A stretch of 64,000 bases of DNA from Bryobacteraceae bacterium (lineage in GTDB: Bacteria; Acidobacteriota; Terriglobia; Bryobacterales; Bryobacteraceae): contig DATLCW010000021.1 of NCBI GenBank assembly GCA_035526195.1, positions 521 through 64,520 of the forward strand, in the 5' to 3' direction. A program made the translations under genes and the position numbers. Below, piece by piece: positions 16,454 through 26,498 of this stretch. Numbering within the stretch: position 1 is the stretch's first letter; every line of letters starts with the position of its first letter. The notes beneath the pieces are model-generated. The model had not been told where the DNA came from. It saw only the letters and a program-made list of their open reading frames with translations, and searched no databases.

Positions 16454-17665
16454 ATGTCTAGCAACACCGCTCTCATCCGGGAAGCCCTACACGCCAATGA
16501 CGGACTTCTGCGGTTGGCCCCATGCTGGGTGCCGCGTTCTTTTCTCATGCCCGGAGGCCGGCTCAAACTCCATCCGCACGACCTCTATGCCCTCGGAGCG
16601 CACCGCGGAGGTATTGACGAGCGCTGGTTTTCTTCCACCACCAACGCCGCTAACGGACCCGGTACGCCTCAGGATGAGGGCTTGAGCTATATCGATTTCA
16701 ACGGCCAGCGCGTGTTGCTCAAGACCGCGGTGGAGACGATCGGCGACGAACTGCTTGGCGCGGATGTCATGCGGCGCGAAGGCGGCTGGAACCTGCTTTG
16801 CAAGTTCTTCGACAATCTCGGCCCCATTCCCCACCACATGCATCAGAATGCGGAATTCGCCGCCCGCGTCGGCCAGAAAGGCAAGCCCGAAGCCTATTAC
16901 TTCCCCCCGCAATACAATTTCAAGGAAAACAATTTTCCCTACACCTTCATGGGCCTCGAGCCCGGAACCAGCCAGGACGATATCCGGCGCTGCCTTGAAC
17001 GCTGGAATGAAGGCGACAACGGCATTCTCTACCACTCCAAGGCCTATAAGCTGAAACCCGGCGGTGGCTGGCAGATCGACGCGGGAATTTTGCACGCCCC
17101 CGGCTCGCTCGTCACCTATGAGCCGCAGGTGAATTCCGACGTTTTCGGCATGTTTCAATCCCTGGTCGAAGGCCGGCCCGTGCCATGGGAACTGCTCGTC
17201 AAAGACGTGCCGCCTGAGCATCACCATGACCTCGGCTACATTCTCAGCATGCTCGATTGGGAAGCCAACATCGATCCGGAGTTCGCCAAAAATCGGCTCT
17301 TCCATCCAAAACCGGTGCGCGAGCGGCCGGCGATGGAACAGGAGGGATACAGCGAACAATGGGTCGTTTATTCCACCGCTTATTATTCCGCGAAAGAGTT
17401 GACTGTCTACCCCGGCCGCTCCGTCACCGTCGCCGACGATGCCGCTTACGGCGTGATTGTCGTTCAGGGCTGGGGCTCGCTTGGCAAACTCGAAGTCGAG
17501 ACGCCAACCCTCATCCGCTATGGACAGATGACCAAAGATGAACTGTTCGTCTCCGCGGATGCCGCCGCCAGAGGGGTTAAAGTTACCAACCGCAGCGACC
17601 GGGAAAACCTCGTCATGCTAAAACATTTCGGCCCCACGCCGGCCCCTGCCGGACCGCGGCCGTAA
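16454..17665 (+). CDS. Cupin-fold, type I phosphomannose-isomerase-like protein
   Basis: CKFFDNLGPIPHHMHQN...GKPEAYYF and HAPGSLVTYEPQVNSDV parallel the PMI metal-site motifs (K.ld...l..QVHP...GK.EaWY; HA...G...E.Q..SD). Confidence 0.5.
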   Translation: MSSNTALIREALHANDGLLRLAPCWVPRSFLMPGGRLKLHPHDLYALGAHRGGIDERWFSSTTNAANGPGTPQDEGLSYIDFNGQRVLLKTAVETIGDELLGADVMRREGGWNLLCKFFDNLGPIPHHMHQNAEFAARVGQKGKPEAYYFPPQYNFKENNFPYTFMGLEPGTSQDDIRRCLERWNEGDNGILYHSKAYKLKPGGGWQIDAGILHAPGSLVTYEPQVNSDVFGMFQSLVEGRPVPWELLVKDVPPEHHHDLGYILSMLDWEANIDPEFAKNRLFHPKPVRERPAMEQEGYSEQWVVYSTAYYSAKELTVYPGRSVTVADDAAYGVIVVQGWGSLGKLEVETPTLIRYGQMTKDELFVSADAAARGVKVTNRSDRENLVMLKHFGPTPAPAGPRP

Positions 17666-17745
17666 TCAGGGAGCCGGTGCCGCTTACGCGCTTGGGCCGC
17701 CAGACGCGTCATGATAGATTAGGAACCATTTCCAACGGAGGACCT

Positions 17746-19749
17746 ATGTGGAAGCTGCTGCTGGCGGCAAACCTCGCCCGCACGATCCTGGCCGCGGAGC
17801 TACCGGTCCGCACGGTCATCCTCTATAAACACGGGGTAGGCTATTTCGAAAGAGCGGGAGAACTCCGTTCCGGGGAATCCGCCCGCCTCGATTTCAAGGC
17901 CTCCGATATGAACGACGTCCTGAAATCCCTGACTATACAAGATAAAAGCGGAGCCAAAATCACCGGCCTGCGCTACGATGCCAGCGAGCCTCTCGAAAAA
18001 CGCCTCGAAGATTACCCCTTTCGTCTGGGCCACCAGCAGGCTCTCAGCCAGTTCCTCGATCAACTGAAAGGCGCCCGCATTGAAATTCGCACCGCCGCCG
18101 GCGAAACACTAACAGGCTCGCTGTTTAGCGGTCGCTTGATGACCGCGAGCGATAAGACACAGGAAAAAGAACAGTTGGTCCTGCTGCTCGATTCGGGCGA
18201 CCTGCGCACTTATGACCTCAGCGCGATCGTCCAGTTGAAGTTGGCCGATGACGCCTTGCAGCGGCAGTTGAAGGCGTATCTCGCCGCCCTGTCGGTCGCA
18301 CGCTCCAGGGAAAAACGCAGCGTCTACGTCGATTCCTCCGATGCCCGGTCCCGCCAGGTCATCGCCAGCTACATGATTCCCACTCCCGTCTGGAAGTCCA
18401 GCTACCGGCTGATCCTCAAAGACGGCCAATCCATGCTGGAAGGCTGGGCCATCATCGACAACACCACCGGCGAGGACTGGACCAACGTGACCGTCGCTCT
18501 GGTTTCCGGCCGCCCGATCTCGTTCATCAGCCGATTGTATGAACCGAAATACCGCATCCGTCCCGAAGCGGAGTTGGCCGAGGATCGGGCGTTGGCCCCC
18601 ACCGTTTATAGCGGCGCGGTCGAGCAACGCGCCGGGGCATTGGCCGGCATCGCCGGTGGGCCGCAGCGCATGGCGAAATCCGCTGCTCCTCCACGTTCTC
18701 CGCAGACGATGGAGATGGCAGCCGTGATGGCCGACGCGCCTGCTCGCGATGAGCTAACCAGCAGCATAGCCAACACCGCGCACGGCCGCGACCTGGGCGA
18801 TCTCTTTGAATATCGTTTCGGTACTGCCGTTACCGTCCGCAAAAGTGAATCCGCCATGCTGCCATTCCTCCAGCAAAACGTCGGAGCCAGGAAGCTCCTC
18901 ATCTACTCCGGCCGTTCTCTCCAGAACCCTTTCCACGCCGCGGAAATCACCAACAGCACCGGAAAAACGCTCGACGGCGGGCCGATCACGGTATTCGAGG
19001 CGGGCGCCTATGCCGGGGAAGCGCTTGTGGAAACCGTGAAGGCAGGCGATAAGCGCCTGATCAGCTTTGGCGTGGATCTCGGTACGCGCATTACCACCGC
19101 TTTTGATTCCTCCCGCGATCTGGTGCGGGAAATTCGCGCCCGCCGCGGCGTTTTCACCACCAAGGTCGCGCTCCAGGAAACCCAGACCTACACCATCCAC
19201 AACGTCGACGCAAGGCCCAAGACCCTGCTCATTGAGCATCCCGTCCGTGCCGAATACAAGCTTCTCCACGCGAAGCCCCTCGAAAGCACGGCCACCGCTC
19301 ATCGCTTTGAGGTGAAGCTGAGTTCGAACGCTACGGAAAAGTTCGCGGTTGCCGAGGAGCGTGTTTACGAGCAGGGCTACGGCATCACCAGCCTCACCTT
19401 CGATCAACTGGGAGTCTTCCTGCAGAACCGCTCCCTGAGCGCCGAAGCCCGGAAACAATTGGAAGCCATCGCCGCCCACAAGCGTCAGATCGCCGACACG
19501 GATCGTTCCCTGAAAGAAGTCGACCAGGATATCAATGAGCTGGTGCGCGACCAGGAACGCATCCGTCAGAACTTGTCGAGTCTGAACCGTGTCACCGGCC
19601 AAACCGAGCAAGTGAACAAGTACGCCAGAGAACTCGCCGACCAGGAATCAAAGCTGGCGGGAATGCGCGACCGTCTCAGCCAGCTGCGTAAACAGAAAGC
19701 GGCGCAGGAACAGGCGCTCCATTCCCTCATCGAGAGGATTGAGTTTTGA
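17746..19749 (+). CDS. DUF4139/DUF4140-type secreted protein
   Basis: Signal-like MWKLLLAANLARTILAAE, then VRTVILYKHGVGYFERAG..ARLDF and a long C-terminal coiled coil. Start taken at ATG 17746. Confidence 0.6.
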   Translation: MWKLLLAANLARTILAAELPVRTVILYKHGVGYFERAGELRSGESARLDFKASDMNDVLKSLTIQDKSGAKITGLRYDASEPLEKRLEDYPFRLGHQQALSQFLDQLKGARIEIRTAAGETLTGSLFSGRLMTASDKTQEKEQLVLLLDSGDLRTYDLSAIVQLKLADDALQRQLKAYLAALSVARSREKRSVYVDSSDARSRQVIASYMIPTPVWKSSYRLILKDGQSMLEGWAIIDNTTGEDWTNVTVALVSGRPISFISRLYEPKYRIRPEAELAEDRALAPTVYSGAVEQRAGALAGIAGGPQRMAKSAAPPRSPQTMEMAAVMADAPARDELTSSIANTAHGRDLGDLFEYRFGTAVTVRKSESAMLPFLQQNVGARKLLIYSGRSLQNPFHAAEITNSTGKTLDGGPITVFEAGAYAGEALVETVKAGDKRLISFGVDLGTRITTAFDSSRDLVREIRARRGVFTTKVALQETQTYTIHNVDARPKTLLIEHPVRAEYKLLHAKPLESTATAHRFEVKLSSNATEKFAVAEERVYEQGYGITSLTFDQLGVFLQNRSLSAEARKQLEAIAAHKRQIADTDRSLKEVDQDINELVRDQERIRQNLSSLNRVTGQTEQVNKYARELADQESKLAGMRDRLSQLRKQKAAQEQALHSLIERIEF

Positions 19750-20708
19750 ATCTCGCGCTGATCGGCTTCGGCGATGTCGGGAAAGCCTTCGCGCGCCTGA
19801 TGGAGCGCAAGCGGGCGCAATACCCCTTTCGTATCGTGGGCGTGCACACCGCCCGCCATGGCACGGCGATCGATCCCCATGGCCTCGGATCCAATCCTGT
19901 CTTCGGTCCCGCCGCCGCGAGTGTAGACGACTTTCTGGATCGTTGCGAGGCCGAGGTCGTCTTCGAAGTGACACCCCTCAATCCCTCCACCGGCGAGCCC
20001 GCCATCACCCACATCCGGGCCGCGTTTGAGCGCCGCATGCACGTGGTCACCGCGAACAAAGGGCCTATTGCACACGCCTACGAAGCGCTCCGGCAGGAAG
20101 CGGTCCGCGCCGGCGTGCAGTTCCGGTTCGAATCGATCGTCATGGACGGGGCGCCCATCTTCAACCTCGTCCGGGAAACGCTGCCCGGCGTTCAGATCCG
20201 TGGATTTACCGGAGTCATCAATTCCACCACCAGCATCGTGCTTGAAGCGATGGAACGCGGTCATACGCTGGAAGAGGGCATCGATCTGGCGCGTAATCTC
20301 GGGATTACCGAAACCGATTCCGATTACGATATCGATGGCTGGGACGCGGCCGCCAAAACCGCCGCCCTCGCCAACGTTCTGCTGGATGCCAACGTGACCC
20401 CGCTCCAGGTGGATACGAAGGGCATTCGCCGCCAGACTCCGCAGAAATTGGCGGAACTGAACGCCCAGGGAAAAACAGTGCGGCTGATAAGCCGCGTCCA
20501 TCGTAATAAAAACGGCCTGAAGCTCCGCGTCCGCGCGGAGGTCCTTGAAAAGTCGGACGTGCTGGCATCGGCGCGGGGAACCTCGAGTATCCTGTTGCTG
20601 GACACGGAATTGATGGGCACAATCGGTATGATCGAGCTGCATCCGGGCGTAGAACAGACTGCCTACGGCCTGTTCAGCGACCTGGTGGATATCGCCCGGG
20701 TCATTTAG
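19746..20708 (+). CDS. hom: Homoserine dehydrogenase family protein
   Basis: LIGFGDVGKAF (NAD-binding fold), VVTANKGPIA, and GVINSTTSIVL...LGITETDSDYDIDGWDAAAKTAALANV. TTG start overlaps the upstream stop by 4 nt. Confidence 0.8.
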   Translation: MNLALIGFGDVGKAFARLMERKRAQYPFRIVGVHTARHGTAIDPHGLGSNPVFGPAAASVDDFLDRCEAEVVFEVTPLNPSTGEPAITHIRAAFERRMHVVTANKGPIAHAYEALRQEAVRAGVQFRFESIVMDGAPIFNLVRETLPGVQIRGFTGVINSTTSIVLEAMERGHTLEEGIDLARNLGITETDSDYDIDGWDAAAKTAALANVLLDANVTPLQVDTKGIRRQTPQKLAELNAQGKTVRLISRVHRNKNGLKLRVRAEVLEKSDVLASARGTSSILLLDTELMGTIGMIELHPGVEQTAYGLFSDLVDIARVI

Positions 20709-21652
20709 TCCGCTGCCCGGTCAAACACAAACGCGAACGCTTCTCTGGGTGGAGCGGTCAGCATCGCCCGGGCAAAGTCCCGGATCCGCTGCTTCATCGC
20801 TTCGTCCTGAATGTACTCCACCGGCGACTTCCCATCCACCCGCGCCAACAGCAGCAAGGGCAAGTGCTGCAGCGTGCCCTCCCGGATATTCGCATCGGGA
20901 TCCAGAACTTTCCAGTACGCCCTGCGCAGGCGCTGGTACAAAGGGCCAAATCGCGGCTGAAAGAAGCCCTTCAACAGCAGGTGATTTAACAGGAACGCGG
21001 CGTCAAATGCGGGATCTCCGTAATGAACCACTTCGAAGTCGATCGCCGTCACATGGTCACCATCCACGATCAGATTCTTAGGGCTCCAGTCTCCGTGCAC
21101 GAGTCCGCTCCGCCGCCTGCCGCAACGCTCGATCGCACCTTCGAAATAGGAAGCGAGATCCGGATGGCGCCCGGCCGTGAACCGGTAATACGGATCGAGA
21201 CGCAGCTGGTCGAAGACCACCGCGTCGTCAAAGCGCAGGCCAGCCCGCAAGAGCTCCGCATGGATGCGTCCGATATTCTCCGCCTGGGCTTCGGTTGCTT
21301 CTCCCGTCATCAAGAGGGATTTCCAGGTCTGCTCTCCTCGCGCGACGCTCATGGCGACCAGGTAGTTCTCACGATCCTCGTACAGCACCTCCGGAACACA
21401 CTCCCCGGAAACCACGGGCGCCAGAAATCGCAAAGCCTCCGCTTCGCGCCAGATCCGCGAGCGATCCGAGAACCAGTCTTCCTTTACACGCAGCTTCGCC
21501 AGCGCCTGCTTTACCACATAACGTCGCGAGGGACTCTCGACCAGCAGCACATGATTACTCACCCCGCCCCCGAGCGGCGTGATCCGAAGCTCGCTCTCCA
21601 GGCATCCCTCGCGGGCGGCAAAATAACCCAAGTCCGGAATCGCCGCTTCCAT
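20705..21652 (-). CDS. Aminoglycoside-phosphotransferase-fold kinase (methylthioribose-kinase-like)
   Basis: PLGGGVSNHVLLV..RYVVKQA, LVHGDWSPKNLIV and AIDFEVVHYGDPAFD are the APH/MtnK catalytic motifs. Confidence 0.7.
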   Translation of the reverse strand: MEAAIPDLGYFAAREGCLESELRITPLGGGVSNHVLLVESPSRRYVVKQALAKLRVKEDWFSDRSRIWREAEALRFLAPVVSGECVPEVLYEDRENYLVAMSVARGEQTWKSLLMTGEATEAQAENIGRIHAELLRAGLRFDDAVVFDQLRLDPYYRFTAGRHPDLASYFEGAIERCGRRRSGLVHGDWSPKNLIVDGDHVTAIDFEVVHYGDPAFDAAFLLNHLLLKGFFQPRFGPLYQRLRRAYWKVLDPDANIREGTLQHLPLLLLARVDGKSPVEYIQDEAMKQRIRDFARAMLTAPPREAFAFVFDRAAD

Positions 21653-21657
21653 CTTCT

Positions 21658-22305
21658 TCAGGTGACGATCTTCTCTTCGCGCAGAGCCCGCACCATCGCT
21701 TCCAGCGCTTCAATCCGCGTGCGCAGCTCGTCAATTGCCTGCCCTTCGGGATCGGGAAGCATGCCATGCTCCAGCACTTCGATCGGATCTTTTCCCGACC
21801 GCACCACGCGGCCAGGCACGCCGACTACCGTCGAGTGGTCCGGCACGCTTTTCACCACCACCGACCCGGCTCCTACCTTTACATCATTCCCAATCCGGAT
21901 ATTGCCCAGCACCTTCGCGCCTGTGCCGATCACGACATGGTTGCCCAAGGTCGGATGGCGCTTCCCCTTGTCCTTGCCCGTGCCGCCCAAAGTCACACCC
22001 TGGTAGAGCAGCACATCGTCCCCGATCTCCGTGGTTTCCCCGATTACCACACCCATCCCGTGGTCGATGAAGAACCGGCATCCGATGGTTGCCCCCGGAT
22101 GGATCTCGATCCCCGTGGCAAACCTGCTGAACTGCGAGATCAGCCGTGGGATCACCGGCAGCTTCGCCTGATACAGACGGTGAGCGAGCCGGTGCAGCAA
22201 AATCGCATGAAAGCCGGGATAGCAGAGTATGATCTCGAGCACACTCTGGGCGGCCGGATCGGCGCGAAATATCGTAGCGATCTGTTCCCGGATCGTTCGA
22301 AACAT
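21658..22305 (-). CDS. cysE: Serine O-acetyltransferase
   Basis: [61 protein letters not shown] and hexapeptide repeats. Confidence 0.9.
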   Translation of the reverse strand: MFRTIREQIATIFRADPAAQSVLEIILCYPGFHAILLHRLAHRLYQAKLPVIPRLISQFSRFATGIEIHPGATIGCRFFIDHGMGVVIGETTEIGDDVLLYQGVTLGGTGKDKGKRHPTLGNHVVIGTGAKVLGNIRIGNDVKVGAGSVVVKSVPDHSTVVGVPGRVVRSGKDPIEVLEHGMLPDPEGQAIDELRTRIEALEAMVRALREEKIVT

Positions 22306-22422
22306 GCTGAAGCCTCATTATCGCTCGAACATACGGCAGATCGGGAAATCCGGCAACCAGCCGCACGGTCTTATCCGTGACGCCAGCAGCGGCGGCAGCT
22401 CCGCGCATCGAGTGCATCCGAT

Positions 22423-23157
22423 TCAGTGTATCCGCATTCCTTCGAGCAACGGCCGCCACTCCTCCGGCAGGGGAGCGGTGAAATGATACGGCGCGCTTAT
22501 CCACTCCGAGGCATGGAGCGCTTGCCGCTCAAAAGGCAGCAGCGCGGCATGGCGATCGTTCCAGCCGCTCTCGATGAACTCGAGGAACAGGCGCTCATCG
22601 GGTCCATAGATTTTGTCCCCGGCCACCGGATATCCGAGCCAGTGCGCGTGAACCCGAATCTGATGCAGCCGTCCGCTGAGCGGGGTGATACGGACGAGAG
22701 TGAATCCACCTCCACATCCCAGCGGCTCAAACATCGTTTGCGCCGCCTGCCCGCCGGGTAGCACCGCGCGCCGCATCACCACGGAAGAATTCGCGTCTTT
22801 GCCGATCGGCTGATCCACGGCCACGGACGCCCTGAGTTCCCCGCAAAGGATCGCGTGATACACCTTTCGCACCTGACGGTGATGGACCGCGCGCTGAAGC
22901 TGCGACCCGAGTTTTGCATTGCGCGCGAACAACACCACGCCGCTGGTTTCGCGATCCAGCCGTGAGGGCATATGTAATCGCCCGGCTCCGAGGAATTCAC
23001 GGCAGGCGCCTACCAGGCTTGACCAGGGGCCATGTTTGGAAGGATGACAGAGCACATGGGCGGGCTTGTTCACCACCAGCAGTTCCTCGTCCAGATGCAG
23101 GATCCAGCCGCGTAACTCGCCGGGCGTGATCTCCCAACCCCACAAGGTTCGCGGCAT
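22423..23157 (-). CDS. RluA-family pseudouridine synthase
   Basis: LLVVNKPAHVLCHPS, PSRLDRETSGVVLFA and SGRLHQIRVH. Confidence 0.85.
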   Translation of the reverse strand: MPRTLWGWEITPGELRGWILHLDEELLVVNKPAHVLCHPSKHGPWSSLVGACREFLGAGRLHMPSRLDRETSGVVLFARNAKLGSQLQRAVHHRQVRKVYHAILCGELRASVAVDQPIGKDANSSVVMRRAVLPGGQAAQTMFEPLGCGGGFTLVRITPLSGRLHQIRVHAHWLGYPVAGDKIYGPDERLFLEFIESGWNDRHAALLPFERQALHASEWISAPYHFTAPLPEEWRPLLEGMRIH

Positions 23158-23246
23158 TTATCGCAGCCCCGCCTGGTTACTATTCGCTCCGCGCGCTTGA
23201 AACAACCTCCGCCCGTTTCTGTCCACTGTAATGAGTGGCTACGAAT

Positions 23247-24851
23247 ATGATACGTCTGTTCTCCTGGGTAATATTCTTTGCGGTGACGGGACTCTGCGCG
23301 GCGGCGGACGTTATCAGGTCTACCGCTCCGGCGTTGCTCACCATGGAGGAACTGGTTGTCCTATCGGACACGGCGCAACCAACCGGAGCCTTACGGATCA
23401 AAGTGGATGCCCTCCTCAACACGCCGTTTGTCAGCAATGAAAGCCACTTCGACAATGCAAAACCGAAGAGACCGGATGTGCCGGTGATCGGTCCGGTTTT
23501 ACGGGTCGCGGCGTGGAATATCGAGCGAGGGGCGGAGTTCGACTTGATTCGCATGGCATTCTCCGATCCGGACGGCCTCGCGAAAGCCGTTGCCGAAAGG
23601 AATGCCGCGGTGAAGGATAAAGAGAAGGCAAAGGAGAAAGAAATCGCGGACGTTCGCCCGTACACCAAGCATATGATGGACAGCGATGTCGTCATTCTGA
23701 ACGAGGTGGATCTGGGGATGGCGCGCTCCGACTATCGCGATGTTGCGAAGGATCTCGCGCAGTCATTGAATATGAACTATGCGTTCGGAGTGGAGTTCAT
23801 CGAAGTAGATAAGATCAACTTGGGTCTGGAGGAGTTGCACGTCCCCGATGAGAAAGCAGATGAGCAGTTTGTCAAGGATTTGACCGTCGACAGGAGCCGC
23901 TACAAGGGCCTGCATGGCTCGGCGGTGCTTAGCCGCTACCCGATCCGGGCCGCCAGGAATATTCGACTGAAGGTCTGCTACGACTGGTACGGGAAAGAAA
24001 AGAATTCGGTGAGCGAGGTCGAAAAAGGCCGCCGGGTGGCCGCGGAAAAGGCTTTTCTGGAACGGATCAGCAGAGAAGTACGGCACGGAAACCGGTTCGC
24101 TCTGGTAGTGGATGTCGAGGTGCCGGAATCGCCCACGGGTCTGGTTACGGTGGTTAGCGCTCACCTCGAGAATAAGAGCCGCCCGACCTGCCGCAAAGAG
24201 CAGATGGAAGAACTTCTGGAACAGTTGCGCTCTACGAAGAATCCGGTGGTGCTGGGCGGGGATTTGAATACAACGGGAACCGACGGGGCGCCCACCTCCA
24301 TTGGGCGGGAGATCAAGAAGCGCGTGCGAAACCCGAACTTCTGGGCCACTCAGGCGATTGGATGGTTCAGTCCGGTGGCCTTCCCGAACCTGTTCATCAG
24401 CTCGGCGAATTATTTCAAGAATTATCAGGATCCGACGGCGCTGAGCATTCCCTTAGTAGCGGTGAACCGCGAGGCGCGGTTCTTCGGTAAGTTGGAAGAC
24501 TTCAAATTTGACGATGGGGGCGCGTTTGATTTCGGTGGTTATAAGACGAGGTCTACGAATGAGCGCGAGGGGACGCTGGCTAATTCCAATGAGCGGGCGG
24601 CGAAGGGGTTTACGCCCACCTTTGAGTTTCGCCGCGATTATAAGGGATTGATCGGGCAATTACGCCTGGACTGGCTATTCGTGAAGCCGGCGGTTACGGT
24701 GGGAAACCATCCGTTCCACTTTTCTCCCTGGTATGGGCGTACCCTCGATCATCTGAATGAGGCCATTCCGGGGCAGATCTCGGATCATCATCCGATCACG
24801 GTGGATCTGCCGTTGATGAGAAATCCCACCTCGCCGTTAATGGCCCGGTGA
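23247..24851 (+). CDS. Endonuclease/exonuclease/phosphatase (EEP) family secreted protein
   Basis: Signal peptide MIRLFSWVIFFAVTGLCAAA. EEP motifs RVAAWNIERG, VVILNEVD, VSAHLEN and SDHHPITVDL. Confidence 0.7.
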   Translation: MIRLFSWVIFFAVTGLCAAADVIRSTAPALLTMEELVVLSDTAQPTGALRIKVDALLNTPFVSNESHFDNAKPKRPDVPVIGPVLRVAAWNIERGAEFDLIRMAFSDPDGLAKAVAERNAAVKDKEKAKEKEIADVRPYTKHMMDSDVVILNEVDLGMARSDYRDVAKDLAQSLNMNYAFGVEFIEVDKINLGLEELHVPDEKADEQFVKDLTVDRSRYKGLHGSAVLSRYPIRAARNIRLKVCYDWYGKEKNSVSEVEKGRRVAAEKAFLERISREVRHGNRFALVVDVEVPESPTGLVTVVSAHLENKSRPTCRKEQMEELLEQLRSTKNPVVLGGDLNTTGTDGAPTSIGREIKKRVRNPNFWATQAIGWFSPVAFPNLFISSANYFKNYQDPTALSIPLVAVNREARFFGKLEDFKFDDGGAFDFGGYKTRSTNEREGTLANSNERAAKGFTPTFEFRRDYKGLIGQLRLDWLFVKPAVTVGNHPFHFSPWYGRTLDHLNEAIPGQISDHHPITVDLPLMRNPTSPLMAR

Positions 24852-24863
24852 AAGCGCACGCGC

Positions 24864-25796
24864 CTAAGCGTGGATTATTTTTAAGATCTCTTTCATGGAA
24901 TCGTGGGAGGCCTGAATCTGGCCGTCCCCGAAAATATGGGTTTCCAAACCCACCTGGCCTTTATATCCGTCCTTGACTAATGCCTCAAAAATGGCCTTCC
25001 AGTCCAGCTTCTGAGGGCCTTCGAGAATGCTCTTCCCTTTGATCTGTACGTTCCAAACGCGCTTCTTCGGCAATAACGCATAGCCTTCCGGAAATGGAAC
25101 TTCCTTGAGGGCTACCCCGTTTAGCGGATCCCAGTTGATACCCACCCACTTCGACGGGACGAGTTTGGCGATGTGAGCAAGTTCGGCGCTGGTACCCACA
25201 TTACACGCTCCTTCGTTTTCGATCAGAAGATGCACTTTCTCGCCGGCGGCGATCTCTGCCATCTCCTGAAGGATTTCGGCGACGCGGGGCATCACGGCGG
25301 CCGGGTCGGGCCCGCGCCAGCCGGTGAACACCCGCATTTTATCGACGCCGAGAATGTGCGCCGCCCGCAAACCCTTGCGCAGATCTTCCAGGCGGCGTTC
25401 AAACTTCACCTTGTCCGACTGCATGCGCGCTTCACGTTTGGCTTCGTCCTCCTTCGCCCAGCGCGGCGGCTGGATGCCGGGGATCATGACTTTCATCAGA
25501 CTGGTGTTAAGGAACGAAACGCGAAGTCCGTTCTCGTCCAGGAGCTTCGCTTCCGCCCGCAGCCGGCTTTCGTCGAGATAGGCATACTCTGCTCTTTCGC
25601 CGGGGACGCCGCGCAACTCGACCCATCGGAGACCGTACTGTTTCGCGAAATCCACCGCTGCCTGGCTGGAGCGGGCGATCTCATCGGTGATGACGCTGAT
25701 GCGGGAAATGTCGATACGGCCCTTAGCGGACAAGGGCATTGCCGCGGCGGCGGCCGCCAGAAACGAGCGTCGGGTGACCATGCTGGACCGTAGCAT
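24864..25796 (-). CDS. Xylose-isomerase-like TIM-barrel protein (sugar phosphate isomerase/epimerase) with Tat-type signal
   Basis: TRRSFLAAAAAAMPLSA leader. RWVELRG, HLLIENEG and a WDP motif. Confidence 0.7.
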   Translation of the reverse strand: MLRSSMVTRRSFLAAAAAAMPLSAKGRIDISRISVITDEIARSSQAAVDFAKQYGLRWVELRGVPGERAEYAYLDESRLRAEAKLLDENGLRVSFLNTSLMKVMIPGIQPPRWAKEDEAKREARMQSDKVKFERRLEDLRKGLRAAHILGVDKMRVFTGWRGPDPAAVMPRVAEILQEMAEIAAGEKVHLLIENEGACNVGTSAELAHIAKLVPSKWVGINWDPLNGVALKEVPFPEGYALLPKKRVWNVQIKGKSILEGPQKLDWKAIFEALVKDGYKGQVGLETHIFGDGQIQASHDSMKEILKIIHA

Positions 25797-25838
25797 ATCA
25801 CAGCCCGGCGATGACTTAAGCTAGCATGGAAGAACAAT

Positions 25839-26150
25839 ATGTCTACCGACCGGATTGAGGCTTTGAATGCGATGCTCGCGCAGGATCCGGGCAACAGTTT
25901 CGTGCGATATGGACTCGCGCAATCCTACACGGCAGCGGGACGTCTGGAGGAAGCGGTTGCGTCTTACCGGGCGCTGCTCGAGAAAAACCCGGATTATGTA
26001 GCGGCCTATTTTCACGCCGGGCAGACGTTGGAAAAGTTGGGGCGAACCGGCGATGCGAAGGCAATCTACGAGGAAGGGCTGACGGCCTGCGCCAGGACAG
26101 GGGACACACATACGCAAAGCGAGATTCAGCAGGCCTTAGACATTCTCTAA
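25839..26150 (+). CDS. Tetratricopeptide-repeat protein
   Basis: Two to three TPR-like units (YGLAQSYTAAGRLEEAVASYRALLEKNPDYVAAYFHAGQTLEKLGRTGDA). Confidence 0.7.
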   Translation: MSTDRIEALNAMLAQDPGNSFVRYGLAQSYTAAGRLEEAVASYRALLEKNPDYVAAYFHAGQTLEKLGRTGDAKAIYEEGLTACARTGDTHTQSEIQQALDIL

Positions 26151-26168
26151 AAAGAGATCTAAAAGCCC

Positions 26169-26205
26169 GAACCCCCGGAGGTCTGAAAAGACTTCGCGGG
26201 GGTTC
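26169..26205 (+). terminator. Stem-loop downstream of the TPR gene (gaacccccg...cgggggttc)
   Basis: A 9-bp GC-rich outer stem plus inner pairing, 19 nt after the stop. There is no T-tract, so intrinsic-terminator function is uncertain. Confidence 0.35.
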
Positions 26206-26498
26206 AAGTAGCCGAATGGAATGAAGAACCGCGGCTAAACAGGCCTGGGCTCACATACCTCGCGCAGCAGGCGGCCGGTCCACAGGAACATAGGCCTCGC
26301 CACTGAACGAAACCAACAAGAATGGAGCGGTCGACTCAGCAGTCGGCCACCTCGCGCGTGGAATAATTACTACCAATACTCATAATGTTAGACTGGACCA
26401 CCTCCTTTCTCAGTGATAATTTCATACTAAGACGAAGACGTTTGTCTGTCAACAGGAAATTCCTGAGAAGCATCAGCGTCAACCCCTCCCTGTGGCGA

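Noticed and set aside
16487-17359. Long ORFs antisense to, or out of frame with, confidently assigned genes (this one, plus for example 18754..19611, 19566..20642, 26385..27521, 33485..34648, 40720..41952, 45251..46660, 47761..48480, 60217..60999).
   Set aside because: High GC leaves antisense and alternative frames poor in stop codons. Their products are R/G/A/P/H-rich, low-complexity and motif-free, while the overlapping gene in each case shows clear family motifs.
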